In this document: positions 28,263 to 38,590 of the stretch, one piece after another | How positions within the stretch are numbered: position 1 is the first letter of the stretch | How the letters are laid out: every line of letters begins with the position of its first letter | DNA from: Chitinophagales bacterium | Lineage (GTDB): Bacteria; Bacteroidota; Bacteroidia; Chitinophagales; UBA10324 | Direction of reading: 5' to 3' | Assembly: GCA_019694975.1 (NCBI GenBank) | Contig: JAIBAY010000001.1 | Location: 128,732-192,731 of the forward strand | Length of the DNA: 64,000 nucleotides | Position numbers and translations under genes: made by a program | The notes under the pieces: model-generated | The model's input: only the letters and a program-made list of their open reading frames with translations | What the model was told of the DNA's origin: nothing | Databases searched by the model: none

Positions 28263-28889
28263 CTAACCTGCCTGTCCGAAACTCACTATGAATTTACCTA
28301 TAAAATAATCTTCCTCAAAAAAATCACTTACAGCAGTCAGCTTAACTTTCTTCTTCAGTTGATGCAATTCCTCATCAAGATCTCCGCCTTTCAGCAACAA
28401 CCATCCGTTTGGCAATTCATTTTTACTTTCTACGGAAACAAGATGTCTTGTCCATCCATAGAGCGTATTCAGGGGCGCTACAGCCCTGCTTACCACAAAA
28501 TCGAAACGGCCTTGCACATCTTCCACCCTTGCATGGAGTGCTTTCACGTTCTTCAACATGATAGCTTCTGCGACAGCTTGAACTACTTTTATTTTTTTCC
28601 CGGTAGCATCGATCAGCAAAAATTGCACTTCGGGAAACAAGATGGCGAGTGGTATGCCAGGGAAACCTCCACCCGTCCCGACATCAATAATGCGGGTTCC
28701 CGGCTTAAATGAAATCATTCTCGATATAGCCAGTGAATGCAAGACGTGGCGCTCATATAATTGGTCAATATCTTTCCGAGATATCACGTTGATCTTTGTG
28801 TTCCAGTTGCGATAAAGATTATCCAGTTGCTTAAATTGTTCCAGCATGCCATCTGCCATTTGCGGGAAATATTTCAACAGATGGTTCAT
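28263..28889 (-). CDS. rsmG: 16S rRNA (guanine527-N7)-methyltransferase RsmG
   Basis: 208 aa containing IIDVGTGGGFPGIPLAI, typical of GidB/RsmG. Confidence 0.9.
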   Translation of the reverse strand: MNHLLKYFPQMADGMLEQFKQLDNLYRNWNTKINVISRKDIDQLYERHVLHSLAISRMISFKPGTRIIDVGTGGGFPGIPLAILFPEVQFLLIDATGKKIKVVQAVAEAIMLKNVKALHARVEDVQGRFDFVVSRAVAPLNTLYGWTRHLVSVESKNELPNGWLLLKGGDLDEELHQLKKKVKLTAVSDFFEEDYFIGKFIVSFGQAG

Positions 28890-28910
28890 GGTACAGGCAA
28901 TATGGATAGT

Positions 28911-29516
28911 TTACATGTGTTCTTTGCTGCCATCCAGTATCTGGAACAGTAAGCCCTTGGCACGAAACAGTTGTGCCTTTACCGTGCCCAGCGGCAAACC
29001 GGTCTCCTCCGCTATTTCCTCATATGACAATTCATCATAATATCGAAGTTCAATGAGCACCCTGTATTTCGGATTTATTTTTTCGATTACCTCCCGAAGC
29101 AGTTTGTTCCGCTGCTTTTTAATATAACTTTCTTCCGGATCAGGTGCAGAGCTTTGCACATCAATCCTGAAAGTCTCTCCCTGATCATTTTCATTTACCT
29201 CAAACAGCGATAATGTTTCCACCTTTTTTTTCCTGATAAAATCAATGCTGTTATTCAATGCGATTTTATATAACCAGGTACTGAAAGCAAATTCAGGAGT
29301 GTACTTCGAAAGGTTGCTGAATGCCTTACCAAAGGCCTCAATCGTAAGATCATTTGCATCATCCTCGTTGTGCACCATTTTCAGTAAAAGGAAATAGATG
29401 GAATCCTTATATCGCGACATTAATACGGCGTATGCCCGCTGATCGCCGGTAAGCGCCATTCGCACCAGCTCTATATCCTCTTTGGCACGCGGTGAAAAAT
29501 CAGGATTTACTTCCAT
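28911..29516 (-). CDS. RNA polymerase sigma-70 factor, ECF subfamily
   Basis: 201 aa with region 2 (FSTWLYKIALNNSIDFIRKK) and region 4 (LSYEEIAEETGLPLGTVKAQLFRAK). Confidence 0.85.
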   Translation of the reverse strand: MEVNPDFSPRAKEDIELVRMALTGDQRAYAVLMSRYKDSIYFLLLKMVHNEDDANDLTIEAFGKAFSNLSKYTPEFAFSTWLYKIALNNSIDFIRKKKVETLSLFEVNENDQGETFRIDVQSSAPDPEESYIKKQRNKLLREVIEKINPKYRVLIELRYYDELSYEEIAEETGLPLGTVKAQLFRAKGLLFQILDGSKEHM

Positions 29517-30607
29517 GCTGCCTGCTTGGTTTGAAAGACATCCGGGAACAACTTAAGGTAGTAAATCAAAAAAAAGATATCCAGTACCGGAAAATACCAG
29601 AACAGATCGTCTTCTCCCATTCTCTTCATCGAAGGGCTGAAAACAAAACCCTGCACAACCATGCGCAACGCAAATAAAACAAGTGCTTCAGCCTGGTAAG
29701 CGGAATACATCATCACCAATAAAAATAAGCAATAAAACAACAGGTGTGTCAGAGAGAAAAGTCCCAACAGCATCATGTGTCCGAATTTATAATATTTGCC
29801 GGTACTCACATGCCTTCGCTTCTGTTCCCAGTATTCATCCCATGATTTTTTAGGTTCGGAATAGACGAGGGCATCCTTACTTAACTGAACCCGCGTATTG
29901 TTTGATTTTGCTGCTTTGTTAATCAGCAAATCATCATCACCGGAAACGAGGTGCGGGTGCTTGGGGAAAACATTATTGGCAAAAAAAATCTTTTTGCGAT
30001 ACGCCAGGTTCCGCCCAACGCCCATATAAGGTATGCCTGATAATGCGAAAGAAAGGTAGCAAAGCCCGTTTATAAAAGTCTCATATCGGATAAACTTATT
30101 GATGAACGTGCCGTATTTCCTGTATGGCGCGTATCCTAACACAATTTCCGTTTCCCCGGTAAAAACAGCGGTCATGCTGCTGATCCACCGACTGCCTGAC
30201 GGAGTACAGTCAGCATCAGTCAGTAATACCAACTCATGTTTTGCGGCCCTTATACCAACCGTTAACGGATACTTCTTGCCCTGCATGATGTTTGAATCCT
30301 GCTTTATCGTACGCACCACGAGTTGCGGATACCTGGCTGACAGGCGCATCAGCAAAAGCTCGGTGTCATCAGCTGAATTATCATTTACGACTACCACTTC
30401 AAAGTCCGGATAATCCTGTTCCAGTATCATCGGAAGATTCTTATCAAGCCGTGCAGCTTCATTCCTGGCACAGATAATCACTGAAACCGGCTGTGCATGC
30501 TCCACATGCTTCGGCTGCCTGTAAGCAGCAAGAGAACGGAACACTATCAACAGGTATAAAAGCTGAATTATCGCTGTTACAACGAATAGAATAAAGAGTA
30601 CTTCCAA
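29507..30607 (-). CDS. family 2 glycosyltransferase with C-terminal TM segments
   Basis: 366 aa containing VSVIICARNEA, VVVNDNSADDT and LTDADC (the DxD region). Confidence 0.8.
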   Translation of the reverse strand: MEVLFILFVVTAIIQLLYLLIVFRSLAAYRQPKHVEHAQPVSVIICARNEAARLDKNLPMILEQDYPDFEVVVVNDNSADDTELLLMRLSARYPQLVVRTIKQDSNIMQGKKYPLTVGIRAAKHELVLLTDADCTPSGSRWISSMTAVFTGETEIVLGYAPYRKYGTFINKFIRYETFINGLCYLSFALSGIPYMGVGRNLAYRKKIFFANNVFPKHPHLVSGDDDLLINKAAKSNNTRVQLSKDALVYSEPKKSWDEYWEQKRRHVSTGKYYKFGHMMLLGLFSLTHLLFYCLFLLVMMYSAYQAEALVLFALRMVVQGFVFSPSMKRMGEDDLFWYFPVLDIFFLIYYLKLFPDVFQTKQAAWK

Positions 30608-30670
30608 TTTGCCTTATTTTGAGCCGCCAAAAGTAAATAAATCAGTGTTCTTTTTCCGTGAACCAACTAC

Positions 30671-31798
30671 ATGCAATTTGATATAGATGCCATAGATCCG
30701 AAGTCGTCGGCGCGCGCAGGAACCATTACCACCGGTAACGGGAAAATAACAACGCCCATCTTCATGCCCATCGGCACCACCGGTGGGGTGAAAGCCGTTC
30801 ACTTTCGTGAACTGGAACAAACGATCGGTGCACAGATTATACTGGGTAACACGTATCATCTTTATCTCCGTCCCGGACTTGAAGTTTTGCAGGAGGCCGG
30901 CGGTCTGCATGGCTTCAACGGATGGAAGAAACCGATCCTCACTGATAGTGGCGGCTACCAGGTCTTTTCACTGGCTGACCGCCGAAAAATAACGGAAGAA
31001 GGTGCAAAATTTCATTCGCACATAGACGGTTCAAAACACCTGTTCTCACCCGAGAAAGTGATGGATATCCAGCGGGTGATCGGCGGTGATATCGTGATGG
31101 CATTTGATGAATGCCTTGCCTGGCCCAGTGAATACAAGGCTGCAAAAAAATCAATGGAGCTGACTCACCGTTGGCTTGAAAGATGTAGCATCCGGTTTAC
31201 GGAAACACAACCCCTTTATGGTTATCATCAGTCGTTGTTTCCCATTGTTCAGGGAAGCACTTTCACCGACCTGAGAAAACAATCAGCGGAAATTGTCGCA
31301 TCAAAAAATGCCGATGGCAATGCCATTGGAGGACTGTCTGTTGGCGAACCTGCTGCGGAAATGTATGAAATGACCGACGCCGTCTGCCGGATTCTTCCGC
31401 ATGATAAACCGCGTTACCTCATGGGCGTGGGCATGCCTGACAATATCCTGGAATGCATTGCTTTGGGGATTGACATGTTTGATTGTGTAATCCCGACACG
31501 CAATGGAAGAAACGGTATGCTGTTTACCACGCAAGGTATAATCAACATCAAAAATAAAAGGTGGGAAAAAGATTTTTCCGCGCTGGATGACCTCGATAAT
31601 TTTGTCAGCCGCGGGCATTCAAAAGCCTTTCTCCGCCATTTACTGATACAGCAAGAAATCCTGGGATGCCAGGTCGCCAGCGTGCATAATCTCTGTTTTT
31701 ACGTGTGGCTGGTGAAGGAAGCAAGGGAGCATATTATTGCAGGAGATTTTGCAACATGGAAAGTAAAAATGGTAAAGCAGCTGATGACGCGACTGTAG
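30671..31798 (+). CDS. tgt: tRNA-guanosine(34) transglycosylase (queuine tRNA-ribosyltransferase)
   Basis: 375 aa containing TPIFMPIGT, LTDSGGYQVFSL and the zinc-site region CxC..C..H. Confidence 0.95.
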   Translation: MQFDIDAIDPKSSARAGTITTGNGKITTPIFMPIGTTGGVKAVHFRELEQTIGAQIILGNTYHLYLRPGLEVLQEAGGLHGFNGWKKPILTDSGGYQVFSLADRRKITEEGAKFHSHIDGSKHLFSPEKVMDIQRVIGGDIVMAFDECLAWPSEYKAAKKSMELTHRWLERCSIRFTETQPLYGYHQSLFPIVQGSTFTDLRKQSAEIVASKNADGNAIGGLSVGEPAAEMYEMTDAVCRILPHDKPRYLMGVGMPDNILECIALGIDMFDCVIPTRNGRNGMLFTTQGIINIKNKRWEKDFSALDDLDNFVSRGHSKAFLRHLLIQQEILGCQVASVHNLCFYVWLVKEAREHIIAGDFATWKVKMVKQLMTRL

Positions 31799-31881
31799 CG
31801 ATTGCGGCCGAGCAAAAATAAAATGAATGCTGATGAGTTATTATTCACAATGCCGCTTTTACCGTAACCTTGCCTGAGCGG

Positions 31882-32967
31882 ATGATGCATATCAAAATTC
31901 TCGATCGTTATATCATCAGGAAGTTCCTCGGCACTTTCTTTCTGACCCTGGCACTGTTTATCCTGATTGCCATTGTTTTTGACGTAACCGAAAAACTGGA
32001 AGATTTCCTGGATGGTGATGTGCCATTATCAGAAATTATTTTTGATTACTACTTCAATTTCATTCCATATTTCGCCGTCTTGTTTACGCCGCTTTTCTTG
32101 TTTGTGGCGGTAATATTTTTCACATCAAGAATGGCTTACCGCTCGGAAATCATTGCCATCCTGAATTCCGGCATCACATTCAACAGGATGCTGTTACCTT
32201 ATATGATTGCTGCCGGCATCGTGGCAGCACTAAACATATATGCCAATCACTGGCTGATTCCCAATGCAAACAAGACACGCATCGCATTTGAAGATGAGTA
32301 CATCGGTTACAGGCCCCGGAATACCGGCCGCGATATTCATATGCAGATTGCCAAAGATCAGTTTATCTACCTGGAAAGTTTCAACTTCGATGACAGTACC
32401 GGCTACAAATTTTCTTATGAGATTTTCAACAATGGCAGCCTCGTTTATAAAATCCGCAGCGAAAAGATTAAATGGGATCATAGCAAACAACAGTGGCTGC
32501 TGAAGAACTTTATGGTGCGAACAAACAATGATATGCAGGAGACATTAAAAACAGGAAGAGACACCCTGATTTCATATGGGTTCCAGGTAAAGGATTTCGA
32601 AAAAAAGCTGAATGAAGTATTTACGATGAATGCCCGTGAACTGAATGAAGTAATCAACGAACTTACCCTGCGTGGTGCCGATAATATTGCCTTTTATGAA
32701 GTTGAAAAATACAAACGTACGGCCTTCCCCTTTGCCATTTTTATTTTAACCCTTATCGGCGTTTCGCTTGCTTCCCGAAAAGTGAGAGGTGGTATCGGCC
32801 TGCATATCGGTATCGGCATTACCATCAGCTTTGCTTACATTCTGTTTCAGCAGTTTTCACAAACATTTTCTACCAACGGCGACTTGCCAGCTGTCGTCGG
32901 CGTCTGGATTCCCAATATCATTTTTGGCGTCGTAGCTGTCGTGCTATACAGAGGAGCGCCCAAATAG
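31882..32967 (+). CDS. LptF/LptG-family LPS export permease
   Basis: YjgP/YjgQ layout. The N-terminus ILDRYIIRKFLGTFF is typical. It has 6 TM segments with a large periplasmic loop. Confidence 0.8.
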   Translation: MMHIKILDRYIIRKFLGTFFLTLALFILIAIVFDVTEKLEDFLDGDVPLSEIIFDYYFNFIPYFAVLFTPLFLFVAVIFFTSRMAYRSEIIAILNSGITFNRMLLPYMIAAGIVAALNIYANHWLIPNANKTRIAFEDEYIGYRPRNTGRDIHMQIAKDQFIYLESFNFDDSTGYKFSYEIFNNGSLVYKIRSEKIKWDHSKQQWLLKNFMVRTNNDMQETLKTGRDTLISYGFQVKDFEKKLNEVFTMNARELNEVINELTLRGADNIAFYEVEKYKRTAFPFAIFILTLIGVSLASRKVRGGIGLHIGIGITISFAYILFQQFSQTFSTNGDLPAVVGVWIPNIIFGVVAVVLYRGAPK

Positions 32968-33218
32968 AAAATGAAACTGGTGGCAACGTTAACAGCCGTT
33001 GAACGAAAAATCTAATCACTGCAAAACTTGCAGTACAGCCTGTAGTTCCTGTCCTGCGAAAAAGATTTTTCGGATATACTTATCTAACTATATGGATAAC
33101 CGCAACGGTGGCTTACAAAACAGTTGCCGGACCACAAGAAAACGGCACACTATGCAGATTCTTTAATAAATCAGGGAGATTACTCGGGGTTCCGGTATTC
33201 CGCATTACCGGCACTGCT

Positions 33219-34751
33219 TTACCAGGGCAAGGGTTCTTCTGTTGGCTTTGATTCATCTTCATCTTCCATATCATCCATCCGCGATTTCAATATACGCACA
33301 TTGCTTTCAGTGTTTGGCTTCTCAAAAGAATCCATTTCTGCAAACTTTGCGAAGCGGTCGATAAACTTCACGGGTACATTCGCCAATGCTCCATTACGGT
33401 GCTTGGCCACCATAATTTCGGCCAGGCCGACAGTGCTGTTACCATCTGCATCTTCAGTCAGTTTATAGTATTCCGGACGGTAGATGAAAATCACCATGTC
33501 TGCATCCTGCTCAATAGCACCGGATTCGCGCAAATCCGAAAGCTGCGGGCGTTTATCACCTCCCCTCGTTTCAACCGACCTGTTTAGCTGCGACAATGCA
33601 ATCACCGGAATATCCAGCTCTTTCGCGATGCTTTTAAGAGCTCTTGAGATGTTACTGATTTCCTGCTCGCGGTTGCCCTGTTTGGAATCCACCGTGCCAC
33701 TCATCAATTGCAGGTAATCGATGATGATCATCTGTATGTCATGTTGCATCTTTAAGCGGCGGGCCTTGGCACGCAATTCAAAAATATTGATGGCAGGCGT
33801 ATCATCGATAAAAAGTGCACATTCCGACAGCTCATCCACTTTTCTCACCAATTGTTCCCATTCATAGCTCTCCAGGTTGGCACGCCGGATCTTCTCAGCC
33901 GGAATTTCTGTTTCGGCGGAAATAAGCCTGTTGGTAAGCTGAATGGAAGACATTTCCAGTGAAAAGAATGCCACGGGCTTTTTAAAATCAATCGCGGCAT
34001 TACGCGCCAATGACAGCACGAATGCCGTTTTACCCATACCGGGCCGTGCGGCGACAATGATCAGGTCAGATCGTTGCCAGCCACTCGTTATGCGATCGAG
34101 TAACACAAAACCTGAAGGAACACCCGTGACGGTGTCTTTGTGATCCTTAATGGCCTGCAGCTGATTGAGCGCTTTTGTTACCAAAGCACTGATAGGATTA
34201 TAATTACGGCGCAGATTCTGATCAGTAATTTCATAAATACCTTTCTCGGCAAAATCAAGCAACTCAAAAACATCCGTGGTATCTTCAAATGCATCACGCA
34301 CTATTTCAGATGATATACGGATCAGTTCACGTTGTATATATTTTTGTGAAACTATCCTTGCATGATACTCCACGTTGGCCGCAGATGCTACGCGATTGGT
34401 GAGTTCCGTTACATAATATGCGCCACCGGCGCTTTCGAGCTCACCGCTTTTACGAAGTTCATCGGTGACGGTAAGAATATCGACCGGCTGTGAACGAAGA
34501 AAAAGCCGTTGTATCGCTGCAAAAATTTTGTTGTGCGCTTCCACATAAAATGCCTCAGGCTTGAGGATGTCAATCACCAATGATAAGGCATCCTTTTCCA
34601 GCATCAAAGCACCCAACACTGCCTCTTCCAGATCGCGTGCCTGCGGAGGAATACGCCCATATACAAAACTGCTCAGGTCGGCAGCAGGTTTCCTGCGAAG
34701 CGACCTCGCTTTGCTTACTACCTTATTGATATCTTCGAATGAATCTGCCAT
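33219..34751 (-). CDS. dnaB: replicative DNA helicase DnaB
   Basis: 510 aa containing PPQARDLEEAVLGALML, Walker A AARPGMGKTAF and IIDYLQLM. Confidence 0.95.
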   Translation of the reverse strand: MADSFEDINKVVSKARSLRRKPAADLSSFVYGRIPPQARDLEEAVLGALMLEKDALSLVIDILKPEAFYVEAHNKIFAAIQRLFLRSQPVDILTVTDELRKSGELESAGGAYYVTELTNRVASAANVEYHARIVSQKYIQRELIRISSEIVRDAFEDTTDVFELLDFAEKGIYEITDQNLRRNYNPISALVTKALNQLQAIKDHKDTVTGVPSGFVLLDRITSGWQRSDLIIVAARPGMGKTAFVLSLARNAAIDFKKPVAFFSLEMSSIQLTNRLISAETEIPAEKIRRANLESYEWEQLVRKVDELSECALFIDDTPAINIFELRAKARRLKMQHDIQMIIIDYLQLMSGTVDSKQGNREQEISNISRALKSIAKELDIPVIALSQLNRSVETRGGDKRPQLSDLRESGAIEQDADMVIFIYRPEYYKLTEDADGNSTVGLAEIMVAKHRNGALANVPVKFIDRFAKFAEMDSFEKPNTESNVRILKSRMDDMEDEDESKPTEEPLPW

Positions 34752-35143
34752 TTTTGAAGAAAGGGAGACAAAGAAAATTAATTAGAAAACACCTGACATG
34801 AAAATCAAAATATAAAGTTGTGCACACTTTACGCATCGTCTATTATCAACAGTTTATCAACTTTACACTTGTCGATCAGACAGCTCAACCGGTTGCTTGA
34901 TAATTAAATGCCAGCAATAAAAAAGCATCAGATCAGAGCTTGATAAAATTTACCAAAGCGTATTGTTATCTCTGCGCAATTCAGCGCAAAACAAGAGCAG
35001 GCGATCTGTAAAAACATCATTTGTCTGAAACAACCCAACAGCGGTTACAGTTACTGTATTTGATATAGGTCATACCTGAACGTGGAGGCATATCATTACC
35101 CTGAACAACCGTCAGTTTACGCTTAAACGATTACAAGAAAGGA

Positions 35144-36406
35144 TCACTTAAACCGGATTGCATCAACAGGACGCATCCTGGCAGCAACTATAGCCGGGAT
35201 AATTCCCGCAATAAAACCAATAATGGCAGAAGTGGAGATACCCCAGATGATATTCTTAAGATCGAGCACTAACTTGAAGTTAATAGCTGCGGATAACCCC
35301 TGCACTGTAAAAAACACCAGTATCAATCCGAAAATACCACCGATAACGGAAAGAATGATTGCTTCAATCAGGAATTCCAGCAGAATAAAATAATTCTTGG
35401 CGCCAAGCGCTTTTTTGATACCAATCAGGTTGGTTCTTTCCCTGACCGACACAAACATGATATTGGCTATACCGAAACCACCTACGAGGATGGCAAAACC
35501 TCCAATGATCAGTGCTACCACATCAAGCACACCAAATAATTGCGACAACTGATTAGAGATGATGCTGATTTGATTCAGTGCAAAATTATCTTCCTGGCTG
35601 GGTCTTACCCTGCGTTCAGCCCGCATCAGGCCCCTGATTTCATCTTTGAGTTCATCAAGCGGCACTCCATCTTTGGCTTTCACCAGTATAGCCGGCTCTA
35701 CCTGGAAACCGTCTACCTTCACCTTCGATACCAGGAACTGGTACGGCACCATTACAAGATTATCATTACTGTTTTGTATCAGTGTTTTACCCTCTTTGGC
35801 AAAAACGCCGATCACCATTACTTTTTGTCCGTAAACATCAATCTCCCTCCCCAGCGGATCTACATTACCCGGAAACAACTGTGTGGCAACCTCATACCCT
35901 ATAAGTGCTTTGGGCTGGCCGGCATTGGATTCAGCGGCGGTGAAATACCTTCCTGACTGAAGATCGAGATTCATGATACGGTTATAATCCTGGGTTACGC
36001 CGTTAATCGTGGCATTCGTAACATTTCGGTCGCCATATTTAATCACCGGAGCGCCGATCCAGATGGACGTGGCCACGGCATCCGATCCGGTCAGTTTCTC
36101 CTGCAGGCCGCGCATCTCATCAAACTTTGCATAGGGCCTGTTCCAGTATTTCCACCATGGATATTCCGTCTCGCCCTCTTCCGGTGCCCATGGAAATTTG
36201 GTGATATAGATGACGTTACTGCCAAATTTATTAATACTGGTGCGCAGGTTATTCTCCAGCGAATCGACTGAAGAAAAGATAGAAATAACGCAAAAGATGC
36301 CAATTGAAATGCCCAGTAGTGTTAGTATCGTCCGCAATTTATTCACCCGTAATTCACGGATGGCGATGGATACAGATTCGTTGAAAATACGGATGAGAAT
36401 TCGCAT
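35144..36406 (-). CDS. ABC transporter permease, MacB/FtsX family
   Basis: 420 aa with an N-terminal TM segment, a MacB-like periplasmic domain and a C-terminal FtsX 3-TM bundle (KKALGAKNYFILLEFLIEA). Confidence 0.85.
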   Translation of the reverse strand: MRILIRIFNESVSIAIRELRVNKLRTILTLLGISIGIFCVISIFSSVDSLENNLRTSINKFGSNVIYITKFPWAPEEGETEYPWWKYWNRPYAKFDEMRGLQEKLTGSDAVATSIWIGAPVIKYGDRNVTNATINGVTQDYNRIMNLDLQSGRYFTAAESNAGQPKALIGYEVATQLFPGNVDPLGREIDVYGQKVMVIGVFAKEGKTLIQNSNDNLVMVPYQFLVSKVKVDGFQVEPAILVKAKDGVPLDELKDEIRGLMRAERRVRPSQEDNFALNQISIISNQLSQLFGVLDVVALIIGGFAILVGGFGIANIMFVSVRERTNLIGIKKALGAKNYFILLEFLIEAIILSVIGGIFGLILVFFTVQGLSAAINFKLVLDLKNIIWGISTSAIIGFIAGIIPAIVAARMRPVDAIRFK

Positions 36407-36477
36407 GGAACTGCAAACCTACTTTAAATTAAGAAAACAGCGCCTCAAAATAAATTAGCGGCAGAAGCGAAAAATTC

Positions 36478-36485
36478 TATCTTTG
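36478..36485 (+). promoter_or_regulatory. -7 box TATCTTTG about 100 nt upstream of queA
   Basis: Exact TAnnTTTG match. It implies a roughly 95-nt leader. Confidence 0.35.
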
Positions 36486-36585
36486 CAATCCGTTTTTCAA
36501 AAATCCGCATGTATCACACCCATAGCCGGTGTTGATTTATTGGGCTTTGATCAACTTTTAATAAACCGTAATTTATTGAAAGTAC

Positions 36586-37635
36586 ATGAAACTATCTCAA
36601 TTCCGATTTGACCTACCACAGTCACTAATAGCACAAACACCTTCGAAGAACCGCGACGAATCGCGCCTGATGATTGTTGAACGCAAGACAGGGAAAATAA
36701 AGCACAAGTCCTTTAAAGAAATCCTCACCATCTTCGGGGAAAAGGATTGCCTAGTATTAAACAACACAAAGGTTTTTCCGGCCCGTCTGTATGGACGAAA
36801 AGAAAAGACCGGCGCCAAGATTGAAGTCTTCCTGCTCAGGGAACTGAATCATCAGATGCGCTTATGGGATGTTTTGGTGGATCCTGCCCGTAAGATCCGG
36901 GTGGGCAACAAACTGTATTTCGGAACAGATGGAATGCTGGTAGCCGAAGTGGTGGACAATACCACATCGCGCGGCCGAACCATCCGTTTCCTCTTTGACG
37001 GTACAGATGATGAGCTGAAGGAGACCTTGTACTCACTGGGCGAAACGCCAATTCCAAAGTATATTAAGCGTAAACCTGATGCTTTGGACAAGGAACGCTA
37101 TCAAACCGTTTTTGCCAAACATGAAGGCGCCGTGGCTGCACCAACTGCAGGTCTTCATTTCAGCCGCGAACTGTTGAAGCGGCTTGAAATCAAAGGTGTT
37201 GATATAGCTGAAGTAACATTACATACCGGACTGGGTACTTTCCGACAGATAGAAGTAGAGGACCTCAGCAAACACAAGATGGATGCTGAATATTTCAAGA
37301 TTGATGACAACACGTGTAAAATTGTGAATCGTGCCATCGACAACCGGGCAAAAGTATGCTCCATTGGTACAACTACAATGCGCGCCATCGAATCTGCAGT
37401 TTCAGCACATAAGTATATTAAACCGGTGGAAGGATGGACCAACCTTTTTATTCATCCCCCCTACGAATTCAGTATCGCCAACTGCATGATTTCCAACTTT
37501 CATATGCCCAAGACAAGCCTGCTGATCATGGTTTGCGCTTTTGGCGGATATGATCTCATTATGGAAGCATACAAAGTTGCCCTGAAAGAAAAGTACCGCT
37601 TTTCAACCTATGGCGATGCGATGCTGATCATCTGA
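36586..37635 (+). CDS. queA: S-adenosylmethionine:tRNA ribosyltransferase-isomerase
   Basis: 349 aa containing [29 protein letters not shown] and AAPTAGLHF. Confidence 0.95.
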   Translation: MKLSQFRFDLPQSLIAQTPSKNRDESRLMIVERKTGKIKHKSFKEILTIFGEKDCLVLNNTKVFPARLYGRKEKTGAKIEVFLLRELNHQMRLWDVLVDPARKIRVGNKLYFGTDGMLVAEVVDNTTSRGRTIRFLFDGTDDELKETLYSLGETPIPKYIKRKPDALDKERYQTVFAKHEGAVAAPTAGLHFSRELLKRLEIKGVDIAEVTLHTGLGTFRQIEVEDLSKHKMDAEYFKIDDNTCKIVNRAIDNRAKVCSIGTTTMRAIESAVSAHKYIKPVEGWTNLFIHPPYEFSIANCMISNFHMPKTSLLIMVCAFGGYDLIMEAYKVALKEKYRFSTYGDAMLII

Positions 37636-37821
37636 CAGACTGCCCATTTGCGTCTGCAGCATTTGGCTTGCACTTCCCTTTCCTGATAGGTTATGCTATC
37701 GACCTGTTTTTACTTATCAGTTATATTACCATCGTAATTTTTTTAATGAATTAATGGTCACTTAACTTTTTTTTGCGACCTTTAATTGAATCCTCCAGAT
37801 GCATCTTAAATTCAGCAATAC

Positions 37822-38496
37822 TTGCGTAAGAAGTATGTAATCATCGCAGCGGCCGGCTACGGATCGCGTATGCAATCAGCCATTCCAAAGCAGTTTCTGA
37901 TACTGGCAGGCAAGCCTGTTATTGTACATACCATTCTTACCATAGCAGGTATCTGGACTGATGCTGAATTCATTGTTGTGCTGCCTGATGATGAACTGGA
38001 TCGTTGGGAAAAAATCAGAAAGAAGTTTCTTAAAAAAATAACGATTCATGCTGTTTCCGGAGGCGCAACCAGGTTTCATTCTGTTAAGAACGGACTGAAA
38101 CAGGTAAAAGCTGACAGTATAATTGCAGTGCATGATGCCTGCCGGCCATTTATCAATGAAGGATTATTGCGGCGGTGCCTTGAAACTGCTTTGGAAAAAG
38201 GCAATGCCATTCCTGTTGTTGAAATCAGGGATTCCATACGTGAAGTTATTAAGGATGGTTCTCGGCACAGGAACAGGGCACGTTTCAGAGCAGTGCAAAC
38301 GCCACAGTGTTTTGATTCGCAGCTGCTGAAGCATGCCTACCGGCAGACCTTCTCCGAAACTTTTACTGACGATGCTTCAGTAGTGGAAAACGGCGGTGTA
38401 AAAATAAACCTGGTAGAAGGCGATCCCGGAAATTTCAAAATTACCACGCCTTGCGACCTGGCATTAGCCACTTATTTGCTCAGGCAATCAGAGTAA
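37822..38496 (+). CDS. ispD: 2-C-methyl-D-erythritol 4-phosphate cytidylyltransferase
   Basis: 224 aa containing AAGYGSRM, HDACRPF and VQTPQCF. The start codon is TTG. Confidence 0.9.
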   Translation: MRKKYVIIAAAGYGSRMQSAIPKQFLILAGKPVIVHTILTIAGIWTDAEFIVVLPDDELDRWEKIRKKFLKKITIHAVSGGATRFHSVKNGLKQVKADSIIAVHDACRPFINEGLLRRCLETALEKGNAIPVVEIRDSIREVIKDGSRHRNRARFRAVQTPQCFDSQLLKHAYRQTFSETFTDDASVVENGGVKINLVEGDPGNFKITTPCDLALATYLLRQSE

Positions 38497-38590
38497 TTGC
38501 CACTTCCGAAGACGAATTCGGATGACCATACGGAATTATTTTTTTGTGGCTATGGATGCCGCATTTACTTTAATACAACACTCTCCCTGA

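Noticed and set aside
34752-35143. Chromosomal replication origin next to dnaB.
   Set aside because: There are only four imperfect DnaA-box-like motifs, no obvious AT-rich unwinding element repeats and no dnaA nearby. I report it only as a candidate operator cluster.
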